Shown one piece after another: positions 18,603 through 29,925 of a DNA stretch of 64,000 nt (its first letter is position 1; each line of letters opens with the position of its first letter). Position numbers and translations under genes: made by a program. The stretch spans positions 32,001-96,000 of the IMG/VR virus record IMGVR_UViG_3300005330_000015. One strand, written 5' to 3'. The notes under the pieces are model-generated. The model did not search any database and had not been told where the DNA came from. It saw nothing but the letters and a program-made list of their open reading frames with translations. Source of the stretch: a virus (taxonomy: Duplodnaviria; Caudoviricetes).

Positions 18603-18842
18603 ATGACGAACGATCTCCAGCTGCCCAAGAGAATGGCCGCGTGGCGGGCGCACCTCGGGATGACCCTCCAGCAGGTCGCCGATGCCTCCGGACTTTCCAA
18701 GCAAACGCTAAGTTACGTCGAACTTGGCGATCAGGACGACCTCGGGATCTGCAAGGTCAACGCGGTCTGCACGCGCGCCTTCAAGGTTGACCTGGTCACT
18801 TTCCTTGGTCCGATCCCGGGATATTCGAGGTCGCGCCAGTGA
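18603..18842 (+). CDS. XRE/Cro-family HTH regulator
   Basis: RAHLGMTLQQVADASGLSKQTLSYVELG. Confidence 0.88.
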   Translation: MTNDLQLPKRMAAWRAHLGMTLQQVADASGLSKQTLSYVELGDQDDLGICKVNAVCTRAFKVDLVTFLGPIPGYSRSRQ

Positions 18843-19144
18843 GCGACCTCGGACCGCAGACGGTGACGCTAGAACACGATGAGCGCAACCTCCACATCCA
18901 CCTCCGCGGCGTCTATGGCGACGACGGCGAGAACGAGGGCGTACTTTCCGTTAGAGCTCACCTCAACGAGGGGCCGAACTACCCAGAGCGCGGGCTGATC
19001 ATCATCGGCTCACCGTCGGCTAGCCAGCTCATCGAGGGATACATTCCTGATCTTAGCGGCTTTTCGTGCGGCATCGTTGGCGCGGAACTCCTGATCGAAG
19101 CTCTACAAAACGCTGTCGACCTTCTCAAGAAGGAGCGATCGTGA
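18839..19144 (+). CDS. hypothetical protein
   Basis: chained overlaps. Confidence 0.55.
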   Translation: MSDLGPQTVTLEHDERNLHIHLRGVYGDDGENEGVLSVRAHLNEGPNYPERGLIIIGSPSASQLIEGYIPDLSGFSCGIVGAELLIEALQNAVDLLKKERS

Positions 19145-19377
19145 CGCGAGAGTTTCCACAAGACCAAGCGCTTGAACTCTTGGAAGACGCCAAGGAGATC
19201 GCCTCGCAGCCGTGGCGCCATGGTCGGCGCGTCAGGTTTGTCTTCGAGTTCGAAGGCGAGCACTGGGCGTCCTGGGTGGACGTCCATCACTCCGATGGTC
19301 TGAGTCTATATGGCCCAATGCATGCAACCAAGGTGCGTCAGGTCGAACGCGTCATAAAGATCTGGGAAGACGCCTAA
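19141..19377 (+). CDS. hypothetical protein
   Basis: AAGGAG RBS, GTGA overlap. Confidence 0.6.
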   Translation: MTREFPQDQALELLEDAKEIASQPWRHGRRVRFVFEFEGEHWASWVDVHHSDGLSLYGPMHATKVRQVERVIKIWEDA

Positions 19378-19590
19378 TGACCGACTACTACGTAACCGTA
19401 TGCTTGTCCTGTCGATGCGCTTCGTGTTGGCACGGCATCTTCCTGTGCCCAGCTAGTCGGACCGCCGGGACTATCGACGTCTTAGCTTCCGTGCTTCAAA
19501 CGCGAGAACTCTTGCTACTTCTCGGTGAGGGCTCTACTTGATATGTGCGGCGTCGTAAAGTATTCGACCGGTACAGTGAGGCACGCATGA
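19377..19590 (+). pseudogene. Cys-rich small protein, frameshifted near 19497
   Basis: TVCLSCRCASCWHG...AGT then +1 frame KRENSCYFS...RHA ending at ATGA overlap 19587. Confidence 0.45.
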
Positions 19591-19904
19591 CGCTTACGAT
19601 GTTCGTCTGCAACGACATGGAAGCGGCGTGGGTCGCGTCCATCTGCGCGCAGCAAGAACGCGAAATGGAGCAGTGGGAGCGCGATGAAGACCGCGACCAC
19701 GAGGAACAACTTGCTCACGAGGCTGTGCTCGAAGACGAGATCGAGACCTGGCCGTGGTACGCCGATGCTCCGCTTCACGAGGAGCGGCCGGAGATCATCG
19801 TCGATGCCGACTTAGTAGGGCTTCCCGTCGCGACATCTGACGAATATCTCGACGACGAGATGCCGGTTGCCGAGCTCGAAGCTGAGCTGCTCGAGGACGT
19901 GTGA
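19587..19904 (+). CDS. acidic hypothetical protein
   Basis: E/D-rich ORF, GTGA overlap. Confidence 0.55.
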   Translation: MTLTMFVCNDMEAAWVASICAQQEREMEQWERDEDRDHEEQLAHEAVLEDEIETWPWYADAPLHEERPEIIVDADLVGLPVATSDEYLDDEMPVAELEAELLEDV

Positions 19905-20326
19905 CGCCAGAAGAGCAGAACGTGGCGTATCCGATCATGGACTCGATCGCGTTGACACTGGGTCGCTACGTCTTCCGGCCTGCTACCGAGCATGCACTAC
20001 AAGCCCAGGTCGCGGACATCCTCACTCATGATCTCGCGACCAATAACCTGACAATCACGCGCGAAGTAGCAACCCCAGGCGGGCGTTACGACATCCTCGT
20101 TACGATCGACACCGGTAGAGCTCCGCTTAACATCGTGCTCGAGCTCAAGCTGTCCGCGTCGGCGCCTGCCGTCGAGCGCCAAGCGTCGCGGTACGCCGCA
20201 TCTACCGACGTCTCCGCCGTAATGGTCGTTACCACTTCACAGCGGCTCGCCAACGAGCTTCGGCGCGCCGGCTCCGACCAGCTCGGCGACAAGCCATTCG
20301 TGGTTTTTGCCTTGAGATCGTTCTGA
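19901..20326 (+). CDS. PD-(D/E)XK nuclease
   Basis: EHALQ..., GRYDIL...VLELK...QASRY. Confidence 0.7.
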   Translation: MTPEEQNVAYPIMDSIALTLGRYVFRPATEHALQAQVADILTHDLATNNLTITREVATPGGRYDILVTIDTGRAPLNIVLELKLSASAPAVERQASRYAASTDVSAVMVVTTSQRLANELRRAGSDQLGDKPFVVFALRSF

Positions 20327-22065
20327 TGTCAGCCGGAACGATCACCATCGAAGGCGGTATGTTTCGCGTCACGTGCGCGCCTCACGTCGCCATTAAGCTC
20401 CAACGCGTCTTCGCGGGATCGCACCGCATCGGGGCTGGCAAGTTCGCCGTCAAGGCGACGGCTGCCGCTGCTCACGAACTCGAGTGGTTCCGGAAACGCT
20501 ACCCGCTCGACGTCGATTCGTCTGTCATGCGCGACTACCACAACCTCGTGGCGCATGAGGAGCGCCGGCAAGCAACAATCGCAGAGGTCGGACGCGAAGG
20601 CTACGAGCCGCGACAGTTCGTGCTTGCTGAGCCGGCCCGGGAGTACCAGCGCGTGGCAGCCGACCTCGCTCTCAGAACTCGAGGGCTCCTAGTCGCGGAT
20701 GATGTTGGAACTGGAAAGACCTACACCGCGATCTGTACATTGACAGACGCCGGATCACTGCCCGCAGTTATAGTCACAATGACTCACCTGCCAGGCCAGT
20801 GGAAAGCGCAGCTCAATCGGTTCGCGCCCGCGCTGCGTGTCCACATCATCAAGACGGGGCAGGCGTACCGATTCGACAAGCCGCGCTTCGAGCTTGTCGA
20901 CGGCAAGCGCCGTAAGGTTTCCTATGTACCTGATGTAGTGATCTTGAACTACCACAAGCTCGTCGGTTGGTGCGATCAGCTGGCTGGCTTCGTTCGGTCT
21001 ATCGTGTTTGACGAGGTACAAGAATTGCGTCACGACGGAACTAATAAGTACAACGCCGCAAAGGCGCTAGCGGACGCCTGCGATCTACGCATCGCATTAT
21101 CCGCGACGCCTGTGTATAACCTGGGCGACGAGATCTGGCCGATCCTCAACGTAGTTGCACCGGACATCCTCGGTGGGAAGGAAGAATTTCTTCGCGAATG
21201 GTGCGTCGTCGACGGCCAGAAACACCGCGTGCGCGAGCCGGCCGCGCTTGGTACCTATCTTCGATCGACTGGCGTGATGATTCGCAGGACGCGCAAGGAG
21301 GTCGGCCGCGAACTTCCCGGACTTACCGTCGTCCGTCTACCAGTCGAGGTCGATCCTGGTCGCATCAACGAGGCCGTTCGATCAGTCGCCGAGCTGGCTA
21401 GCCGCGTGCTCGCGCGCACCGGCACCAACTTCGAGCTCATGAAGTGGTCCGGCGAGATCGACTGGCGCATGCGGCAGGCAACCGGCATCGGCAAGGCCGC
21501 TGCGGTCGTTGACCACGTCAGGTTGCTAGTTGAGGCTGGTGAGCGCGTCCTGCTTGGAGGGTGGCATCACGAAGTGTATTCGCTCTGGTGCTCGGCGTTC
21601 GATCGTCATGGGGTGACGTGGGCGAAGTACACAGGCGAGGAATCCGACGCAGATAAGACCGAGAGCGTGCGGCGCTTCTTGGCCGGCGATGCCTCTGTGT
21701 TGATCATGTCCCTGCGCTCTGGTGCAGGTCTCGACGGTCTACAGTCGGTATGCCACACCGTGGTGATTGGAGAGCTCGACTGGTCACCTAAGGTACACGA
21801 GCAGTTCATCGGACGCCCGTACAGGGACGGCCAGACCGAGACTGTGACCGCCTACTACTGCGTCGCCGATGAGGGCTCCGATCCCGTCATCGCTGATGTG
21901 CTCGGTATCAAGGACGCGCAATCGACCGGCATCGTCGATCCGGATGCCGCTGCGGCTCCGATGCTTGCTGGTTCGCAGACCGACACCATCCGCAAGCTGG
22001 CCGCTGACGTGCTGGCTCGTGCCGGGATCTCGCACCACACGCAGCCACTGGAGCTTGTTTTGTGA
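20326..22065 (+). CDS. SNF2-family helicase/translocase
   Basis: LVADDVGTGKT, DEVQ, LSATP, MIRR, GAGLDGL, QFIGRPYRDGQ. Confidence 0.93.
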   Translation: MSAGTITIEGGMFRVTCAPHVAIKLQRVFAGSHRIGAGKFAVKATAAAAHELEWFRKRYPLDVDSSVMRDYHNLVAHEERRQATIAEVGREGYEPRQFVLAEPAREYQRVAADLALRTRGLLVADDVGTGKTYTAICTLTDAGSLPAVIVTMTHLPGQWKAQLNRFAPALRVHIIKTGQAYRFDKPRFELVDGKRRKVSYVPDVVILNYHKLVGWCDQLAGFVRSIVFDEVQELRHDGTNKYNAAKALADACDLRIALSATPVYNLGDEIWPILNVVAPDILGGKEEFLREWCVVDGQKHRVREPAALGTYLRSTGVMIRRTRKEVGRELPGLTVVRLPVEVDPGRINEAVRSVAELASRVLARTGTNFELMKWSGEIDWRMRQATGIGKAAAVVDHVRLLVEAGERVLLGGWHHEVYSLWCSAFDRHGVTWAKYTGEESDADKTESVRRFLAGDASVLIMSLRSGAGLDGLQSVCHTVVIGELDWSPKVHEQFIGRPYRDGQTETVTAYYCVADEGSDPVIADVLGIKDAQSTGIVDPDAAAAPMLAGSQTDTIRKLAADVLARAGISHHTQPLELVL

Positions 22066-22478
22066 AGTGCATCAAGTGCGGCTACGACGCTAATCAGTTC
22101 GTGACCGCGTCATGGTCGTTCGTGCTCGAACGCGAGCCCAAGTCACTCAACGCGCGCGTCGTAAACGTGGGCGCGAGCCGCTGGCGCTACGCAAAGGACC
22201 GCGACGCGTGGTCATGGCTCATCCGCGCGGCTCGACTTGAGCAACGGATCCCGCCGGCTCACGGCAAGCGCCGCATGACGTTGACGCGCATCTACGCGAA
22301 CGGTCAACGCGCAATCGATAAGGACAATCTTTCTGGTGGGATGAAAGGTTTGGTCGATGCGATCGTGCGCGAAAGGCTCATCCACGACGACGGCCCGGCT
22401 TGGCTTGAGCTCCATCACGCGCAGGAGCCAGGAGCCATCCGCTCGGTTCGCGTACTTATCGAAGATCTATCGCCATAG
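22062..22478 (+). CDS. RusA-like Holliday junction resolvase
   Basis: PKSLN, IDKDNL...KGLVDAI...IHDD. Confidence 0.7.
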   Translation: MKCIKCGYDANQFVTASWSFVLEREPKSLNARVVNVGASRWRYAKDRDAWSWLIRAARLEQRIPPAHGKRRMTLTRIYANGQRAIDKDNLSGGMKGLVDAIVRERLIHDDGPAWLELHHAQEPGAIRSVRVLIEDLSP

Positions 22479-22763
22479 ACGGCCCACGATGCCTGATCAC
22501 CACCGCCGATGCCTCGCCAATCCGGATTCGCAACACCGTCGACGATCACCGGAGGTCGTGCGTGGGCGCGCGATCATGCTGGATCTCGGGAGCACGGTCG
22601 TGCAAGATATAAAAATCCAGCAGGCAGCAGGCCCACTGGATCCATCTTCCCGGCGCGGAGATGAGGGCGCACCAGAGATGTCCATCCATACCACATCCCT
22701 AAGACAGTTGACACCCCAGGCACGCACGATGTGTGCCGTTGACACCGGCAGCGAGGGCTCTCC

Positions 22764-23237
22764 ATGAGCGCTCAGCCCAGACGCTTGAGCTTCAAGCAAC
22801 CCGATCCCCCATCGGTTCTGCGACGTGTCGAGGTACAGGTTAGACCACCTCCAGCGCCGGCCAAGAAGATCGCGACCAACGCGAATCAAAGCACAGCGTT
22901 CGAGCCTAAGAACTGCTGCATGCAATGGCAGCGGCAGCTCAAGGAGCAGAAGAAGGTTCGCAAGGCGCGCGAGGCCGAGAAGCGGGCGCGCAAAAAGCAG
23001 GCTGCACGCGAGGCCAGGGACGAAGTACTTTCTCGGCTGCCGCATGGCTCACACTACGAAACGAGCTACGACGCGGCGAGCAAGACATGGAGCGGAGTAC
23101 TCGTCACGACGGTACGCGATGAGCGCGCGACGTTTTCAGCTACGCACACCGGCCTATTCAAGCTCTTGGCCAAGCTCGACGGGATGTATCGCGACGCGGT
23201 CGGGGCAGTTGCAACTACGACGGCGGACGTCACGTAA
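22764..23237 (+). CDS. hypothetical basic protein
   Basis: ORF abutting HNH gene. Confidence 0.55.
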   Translation: MSAQPRRLSFKQPDPPSVLRRVEVQVRPPPAPAKKIATNANQSTAFEPKNCCMQWQRQLKEQKKVRKAREAEKRARKKQAAREARDEVLSRLPHGSHYETSYDAASKTWSGVLVTTVRDERATFSATHTGLFKLLAKLDGMYRDAVGAVATTTADVT

Positions 23238-24018
23238 ATGGCGCGCAAACGCAAGAGCCTTCCGGTTTCGCTCCGGTTCGAAGTTTTCAAGCGCGACTCA
23301 TTCACTTGCCAATACTGCGGACGGCGTGCGCCTGATGTCGTGCTTGAGCTCGAGCACATCAACCCAGTCAGCAAGGGTGGTAGCGACGAGCTCCTGAATC
23401 TCATAACGTCGTGCTGGCAGTGCAATAGTGGCAAGGGCGATCGCCTACTCTCCGATGATGCCGTATTGGTTAGACAGCACGCGCAACTAGCCGAGTTGCA
23501 AGAACGGCGAGCCCAGCTTGATATGCTTCTGAAATGGCGAGATGGCAACGCTGACCTCGTCTCACAGCAGGTCGAAGCATTTTGCGAGCAATGGAAGAAG
23601 GTCGTTCCAGGATGGACCATCAATGAGTCCGGGAAGCCCGATGTCGTTCGTCTCATCAAGAAGCATGGCATCGCTCGCGTTCTCGAGGCACTCGATGGAG
23701 CTGCGGCATACAAACTCCGGCTGTCATCGGGCGTAATAGACGCCGACGTCGTCGAGGGCATTTTTGGCCTCGTATTCATCATGGCTGAGCCCGACGACGT
23801 TCAGAGACTATACCGACTACGCGCACGCATCCGCCGAACCTGGAATTACGTACACGATGGGATCTGCATCACCTTACTCCGCCGCGTGCTCGTCGCTGGC
23901 GTCAGCATTGCTCAGATCGAGAGCGAATGCTCTCGCATGATGGCCGAGCGCAGCACGAGCTTTCGCTGGTGGCAGACGCAGATAGAAATATGGCTCGCCG
24001 ACCTCGCCGAGGGGCAAC

Positions 24019-24026
<8 letters not shown>
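23238..24026 (+). CDS. HNH endonuclease domain protein
   Basis: LRFEVFKRDSFTCQYCG...EHINPVSKGG...NLITSCWQCNSGK. Confidence 0.9.
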
Positions 24027-25148
<1,122 letters not shown>

Positions 25149-25152
<4 letters not shown>

Positions 25153-25724
25153 CGCCAAGCGAACGAAAGAAAATCCAAGCCGTCTTGATGGCTGCTTTCC
25201 CAAACTCGCCGTTTACCGACGAGCTTTGGGAGCGCGTCATCGGCGATCTCGACTACACGCTCGTCGGCGCGGCCATCGACCGGCATGTTGCGACCAACAA
25301 GTGGCCGCCGACGCCGGCGGAGATTCGCGAAGCTGCACTTGCGTTGGTAATCGGCGAGACGCGAGCTGGAGGATCGGCGTGGGGCGATGCCGTTAAGGCG
25401 ATCAAGCGTTACGGATATATGCGAACGCCTGGCGTTGACTTCACGTTCGATGATCCACTGGTCGCAGAAACTGTGTCGGCCATGGTGTGGCTCGATCTCT
25501 GCTCGTCAGAAAACCAGGTCGCCGATCGCGCGCGGTTTACCGAGCTCTACGACCACCTCGCCGCGACACGACGACGATCGCAGCTCAGCGAGGGACTACC
25601 GGCCGTCAAGGAACTCCGTGCTGCGCAGGCCCGGCAATCTCTCTCTACCGGCAAGGCGATATCATTCGCCGAGGTCTCAGCGAACTTGATGAAACGCATA
25701 TCCGGCCCCGGCGGTGAGCCGTGA
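25149..25724 (+). CDS. replicative helicase loader/inhibitor (G39P-like)
   Basis: AAFP...LW...DLDY...AAIDRHVATNKWPPTPAEIRE; AW..V.KAIKRYG. Confidence 0.78.
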
Positions 25725-26044
25725 CGCGTGACTTGACCGAGTTCATGCACGCCGAGCTCGCGCGCAACGCTGGCATCGTGCTCGATGCACCTATCAACGA
25801 GCTGGCCCATCATGTCGTGCATGAAGAGTTGGAGCTTCCGGTTGACCGAGATCTCGTGAGGAAGATCCTTCGCGCGCAAGGCGCACCCGATGACGACCTA
25901 GAATGGTTGACAATGTCATGTCCGAGCCTGCAGGATGCCGAAATGTATCGACCTCCCCCGCGCTATGCATGGTGCATCGAATGTAACGGCGTTCAGCCCT
26001 CGGACGTCAATGGGTGTATTCCATGTATGAGCTCGGTAGAATGA
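25721..26044 (+). CDS. hypothetical protein
   Basis: chained; C-terminal CxxC..CxxC. Confidence 0.55.
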   Translation: MTRDLTEFMHAELARNAGIVLDAPINELAHHVVHEELELPVDRDLVRKILRAQGAPDDDLEWLTMSCPSLQDAEMYRPPPRYAWCIECNGVQPSDVNGCIPCMSSVE

Positions 26045-26183
26045 GCAAGCTTGACGACATCATGGCGTCGCGCGATCTCCGCACGTACGAGACGTTCGAG
26101 CTCACCGGAGAGCAATTCGAGGCTCGACTTGAGGCCGTTATGATCGCGCTCTCCGAGCTCGAGGGCGAGCCGAGGTTGCCGCG

Positions 26184-26462
26184 ATGACACGACGCTCGCT
26201 CGTCACGTCGAGTCGCGAGACCGCTGCGCGCGCGGTCGTTGTTCGTCTCAACCCAAAGCGCAGATCGCTTGGGACGGCGCCGCCCGTCTACGTGACCGAC
26301 GGCATCGAGATCCCGAAGCGTAAGCGCCGCATACTCCTGGATATCTGTCCGGATACACTGACGGTTCTGCTTCGATGCGTGCGAGGAGAGCTCGATAATG
26401 CAAGTGCCGACGGAGAATTGGTCGAGCGCCTCTTGATTAAGGCGCTTGAGGGCTCGCGATGA
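26184..26462 (+). CDS. hypothetical protein
   Basis: chained overlaps. Confidence 0.5.
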   Translation: MTRRSLVTSSRETAARAVVVRLNPKRRSLGTAPPVYVTDGIEIPKRKRRILLDICPDTLTVLLRCVRGELDNASADGELVERLLIKALEGSR

Positions 26463-26613
26463 GCCGGTTCCTTCCAGCTGACCCGTTTTATCGATCGCTA
26501 GCCGAGGCTGAATCGCGGGAACGCATCGAGCGGCTTGTCGCATTGGACCGCGAGCGGTACGCGCGACAGATGGCAGCGAGGCCACTACCGGTGATGAGGA
26601 CGATGGACGATGA
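26459..26613 (+). pseudogene. small helical protein, probable -1 frameshift near 26567
   Basis: shifted frame DGSEATTGDEDDGR ends at ATGA overlap 26610. Confidence 0.35.
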
Positions 26614-26909
26614 ACCGCTTCCAATCCTTCTGGTGGTATCAGGTTCGCAGCTGGCGTCGGCTGTTCGCGATCCGACGCAAGACCGTCGTGCTCCACGCGC
26701 CGATCGAATCTAGCCACCCATCCTCGCTATGCCTCTGCCTCGGCTTCGCGCCGAACCACCAGGCGGCGATCAACATCGACCATCAACCGGAATGCCCATG
26801 GCTCTCCGCGATGTGCAAGAGCTGCGGCGGTACTGGTTGGTGTCACCATTGTAGCGGTGATGGCTGCGAACCTAGAGGCCAACAGGCCGTGCCCATTCTA
26901 GCGGATTAG
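26610..26909 (+). CDS. protein with CxxCxGxG zinc-finger repeats
   Basis: CKSCGGTGWCHHCSGDG. Confidence 0.55.
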   Translation: MNRFQSFWWYQVRSWRRLFAIRRKTVVLHAPIESSHPSSLCLCLGFAPNHQAAINIDHQPECPWLSAMCKSCGGTGWCHHCSGDGCEPRGQQAVPILAD

Positions 26910-26911
26910 TA

Positions 26912-27589
26912 ATGAAGACATATTACGACGACGGGATCGCTAAGATCTACCTCGGTGACTGCGCCGAGATCGCACCAACGCTCGGCCACTTTGACCTGCT
27001 CTGCACGGACCCGCCGTATGGGATCGGGGCTACCCGCAAGGCAGCGAACCGCGGGCGAGTCCGCAAGGGGGTTGGGGTTGTCGCGTTCAATTACGAGCCA
27101 TCCGAGTGGGATGACGCTCCGCCAAGCGACGCGCTTCTAGCTGACCTTCGATCGCACGCAACACGGCAATGCATTTTCGGCGGAAATTACTTCGCTCTAC
27201 CGCCGTCCAGTTGCTGGCTAGTTTGGGACAAGGAGAACGGTGTCAGCGATTTCGCCGACGCTGAGCTTGCTTGGACTAATTACGACGCGGCCGTACGGCT
27301 AAAGCGACACCGCTGGTCTGGCTATTTACAGGCCGATATGGCTCGTAAGGAGGAGCGTGTCCATCCCACCCAGAAACCGCTTGCCGTGATGTCTTGGGTG
27401 ATCGGACTGTGCCCGGAGAAGCCGTCATCCGTGTTCGATCCGTTCATGGGCTCGGGCACTACTTTACGTGCTTGCAAAGACCTCGGGATCCGGTGCGTTG
27501 GCATCGAACGCGAGGAGAAGTACTGCGAGATCGCAGCGCGTCGACTCGGACAGTGCGTTTTGTCATTCGATGGTGCAGTGCTAAAGTGA
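26912..27589 (+). CDS. DNA N4-cytosine/N6-adenine methyltransferase (beta class)
   Basis: TDPPYG, HPTQKP, FDPFMGSGTT, GIE. Confidence 0.93.
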   Translation: MKTYYDDGIAKIYLGDCAEIAPTLGHFDLLCTDPPYGIGATRKAANRGRVRKGVGVVAFNYEPSEWDDAPPSDALLADLRSHATRQCIFGGNYFALPPSSCWLVWDKENGVSDFADAELAWTNYDAAVRLKRHRWSGYLQADMARKEERVHPTQKPLAVMSWVIGLCPEKPSSVFDPFMGSGTTLRACKDLGIRCVGIEREEKYCEIAARRLGQCVLSFDGAVLK

Positions 27590-27849
27590 CAACGTTAGAT
27601 CTCGAGATTCGGTGGAGTAAGCGCGAACGTGCACTACTTTACGCTGGCTGCAAGGCGACCGGCGGCATGCTCTCGCATTTTCTTGAAGGCGTGAAGCTCA
27701 TCGATGCGTACGGCTTGCGCGATGGCCTGGCTGCAAAGCTGCATTATAAGAACGCTAGCGACGAGCGCACGCTTGCACAGGAACTTGACGCGCGCGGTTA
27801 CGACCTGACCACGTTACGTTTTTCGATCCGCAAGAAAGTTACGCCATGA
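27586..27849 (+). CDS. hypothetical protein
   Basis: ELDARGYDLTTLRFSI motif; chained. Confidence 0.6.
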   Translation: MTTLDLEIRWSKRERALLYAGCKATGGMLSHFLEGVKLIDAYGLRDGLAAKLHYKNASDERTLAQELDARGYDLTTLRFSIRKKVTP

Positions 27850-28184
27850 CGAACATCCAGTTGGATCTCGAAGACCTCGAACGCAAGGCACGTGCTGCAT
27901 TTACTGGGCCATGGACCGCTGCAAACTCGAATCCATCGGATTACTGCGCAGTCCTCTACGACGACAACACCGGAGATATGTACGAAGTATGCGACGATTG
28001 CACGCCAGTGACCGCGTCGCACATCGCGGCGAATAGTCCGCCGGTGACGCTTGCGCTCATCGCACGCATTCGCCGCCTCGAAGAGGAGCTCGCTCGCGCC
28101 GCTGGCATCGCTCGGGCGCATGGCGAGAACGCGTACGCCGAGGACTTCATGCACGTCGCACAGGATCGCGAGATTTTACCGTGA
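27846..28184 (+). CDS. Ead/Ea22-like protein
   Basis: LDLEDLERKARAAFTGPW...HIAANSPPVTLALIARIRRLE. Confidence 0.75.
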   Translation: MTNIQLDLEDLERKARAAFTGPWTAANSNPSDYCAVLYDDNTGDMYEVCDDCTPVTASHIAANSPPVTLALIARIRRLEEELARAAGIARAHGENAYAEDFMHVAQDREILP

Positions 28185-28459
28185 CTAATTACTCAAGCCT
28201 TTCGCTAGTCGCTGACAACATATTCATCGTCAACGAACAATGTCTCTGCCGTCGCACCTCCGAATGGTGCGGCGAGTGTTTTGATGGCGAGCGTGCAGGC
28301 GGATATGTCGACCTCAATCCCGTTCTTCACGGCATCGCGACCACCGCAGCTCTCGTGCTCGCGTTTCGCCTTGGTGACGCGTACGGATGGGACATGGCCA
28401 ACGACGAAGACCAGACCACCGATGCGTGGCGACCGAACTCAGAAGGGCGAGCGATATGA
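28181..28459 (+). CDS. hypothetical protein
   Basis: chained overlaps. Confidence 0.5.
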   Translation: MTNYSSLSLVADNIFIVNEQCLCRRTSEWCGECFDGERAGGYVDLNPVLHGIATTAALVLAFRLGDAYGWDMANDEDQTTDAWRPNSEGRAI

Positions 28460-28697
28460 CGCTAGCCACTTGCGAGCACTGCAATTGCCGAGGCCGGCGC
28501 GCTCTAACGGCTCTTGAGCAGACAGCGTTAGACGCCGTGCGGCTGACGTGGAGGACGACCGCGGATGTATTGCGGGCGATCCCTGGTAGAACCGTCCACG
28601 TGGAACAGCACTTCTTAACCGCTTGACCGACCTCCAACGGCTGGGCCTGATCCAGCGAGCGACCGACAACAAAGAACACCTCTGGAGACGAATATGA
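28456..28697 (+). pseudogene. Zn-knuckle + winged-helix protein, -1 frameshift near 28596
   Basis: shifted frame TALLNRLTDLQRLGLIQR...LWRRI ends at ATGA overlap 28694. Confidence 0.6.
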
Positions 28698-29875
28698 AGC
28701 AACCAGCCGCCATCGTAGAAGACCAGCGCGACCATCACGCCCGCACAGTGCGCGCCGCCCAGCGTTCCCTGACCGCATCGCAACAGCAGGAAGCCAAGGC
28801 ATCGGAGCAGCACAACAAGGCCCGCGAGAGCCTCGACGACGCACGGCAGAAGACCGCGCATGCGCGCATGGAGCTTGGCCGAGCGCTCGCCGCTGCGAGG
28901 AAGATGTTCCCTCGCTCTGGCGTCAACGCGAAGGGCTGGACCGAGTTCCTGGCCGAGATCGGCATGGATCCCGACGTGGCCGACGTGGCGATGAAGTACG
29001 CCGCGCACATCGACGACGACCCGGCTTTCTCCGGTACATCCGAGGATGCACCGGAAGAACGACGCCTACCCACGCTGCGCGAAGCCGGCCTCGACTCGCG
29101 ACCACGTGCTAGCGAACGTACGCGCGAAGACAAGCGCGACGACCAGGACGAGGAGAAGCCCGAACGCTCGACGACGGCCGCGACATCACGCGCTATACCG
29201 ATGTCCGAGACCGAGCTACTAGACGCGCTGTCCATCGCCACACCACAAATCCGTGCGCGCGTCATCCGCGCTACAAAAATCAAGATGCTTGATGACGGCG
29301 ACAAGAAACGCGACGGCTGGTGCACGAGCGACAAGTGGGCACAAGCCATTGGGCCTATCGACCTCGATCCGTTCTGCGGCCCTTACTCGATGATCGCTGC
29401 GGCGATCAAGTGCATGCGCGAGAATGACGGTGACGGGTTCGGTGGTGGGCAGCCTGGCATGATCCCCGGCTCGTACCTCGTCGGCACGAGCCTTGGCTGC
29501 GAGGCCGAGCGCGGCTTGGCCACCAAGGAGACCTTGGTCTTCTTGCGCCCACCGAGCAACCTGGTGCTCGATGCTGTCGCGCATTACGGCCATACCCGGT
29601 TCGTCGCCGTGCTTCCCTGGGCGCCCTATGCCGAGTGGTTCGAGCGCCTATGGCCGCTCTGCGAGGTCGTGTGCCATCCGCTCGAGCGCATTGGGTTAAT
29701 GCCGCCGCCTGACGTGTCGGATCCCGAGTTTCACGATCCGCACCCCCACGCGCTGTTCTACCGGCGCGCGTCGGATGTGACCGACGCGGTGCGAGAGCTC
29801 TGCATCGTCATCACCGTGGACCATGGACGTTCCGATCCGACGAGGATGCAGCAGACGTTGCGACTCGTGAAGTAG
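28694..29875 (+). CDS. DUF3102-like N-terminus fused to degenerate phage-Dam-type N6-adenine MTase domain
   Basis: LGRALAAAR...GWTEFL; DGWCT...IDLDPFC; catalytic position reads RPPS rather than (N/D)PPY. Confidence 0.65.
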   Translation: MKQPAAIVEDQRDHHARTVRAAQRSLTASQQQEAKASEQHNKARESLDDARQKTAHARMELGRALAAARKMFPRSGVNAKGWTEFLAEIGMDPDVADVAMKYAAHIDDDPAFSGTSEDAPEERRLPTLREAGLDSRPRASERTREDKRDDQDEEKPERSTTAATSRAIPMSETELLDALSIATPQIRARVIRATKIKMLDDGDKKRDGWCTSDKWAQAIGPIDLDPFCGPYSMIAAAIKCMRENDGDGFGGGQPGMIPGSYLVGTSLGCEAERGLATKETLVFLRPPSNLVLDAVAHYGHTRFVAVLPWAPYAEWFERLWPLCEVVCHPLERIGLMPPPDVSDPEFHDPHPHALFYRRASDVTDAVRELCIVITVDHGRSDPTRMQQTLRLVK

Positions 29876-29888
29876 GCGACGAATTGCG

Positions 29889-29916
29889 TTGACACCGTCA
29901 ACGCGTGCGATATGAT
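29889..29916 (+). promoter_or_regulatory. sigma70-type promoter with TTGAC-N3-GTCAA palindrome
   Basis: TTGACA-N16-TATGAT; TTGACACCGTCAA. Confidence 0.7.
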
Positions 29917-29925
29917 AGGTGCGTC

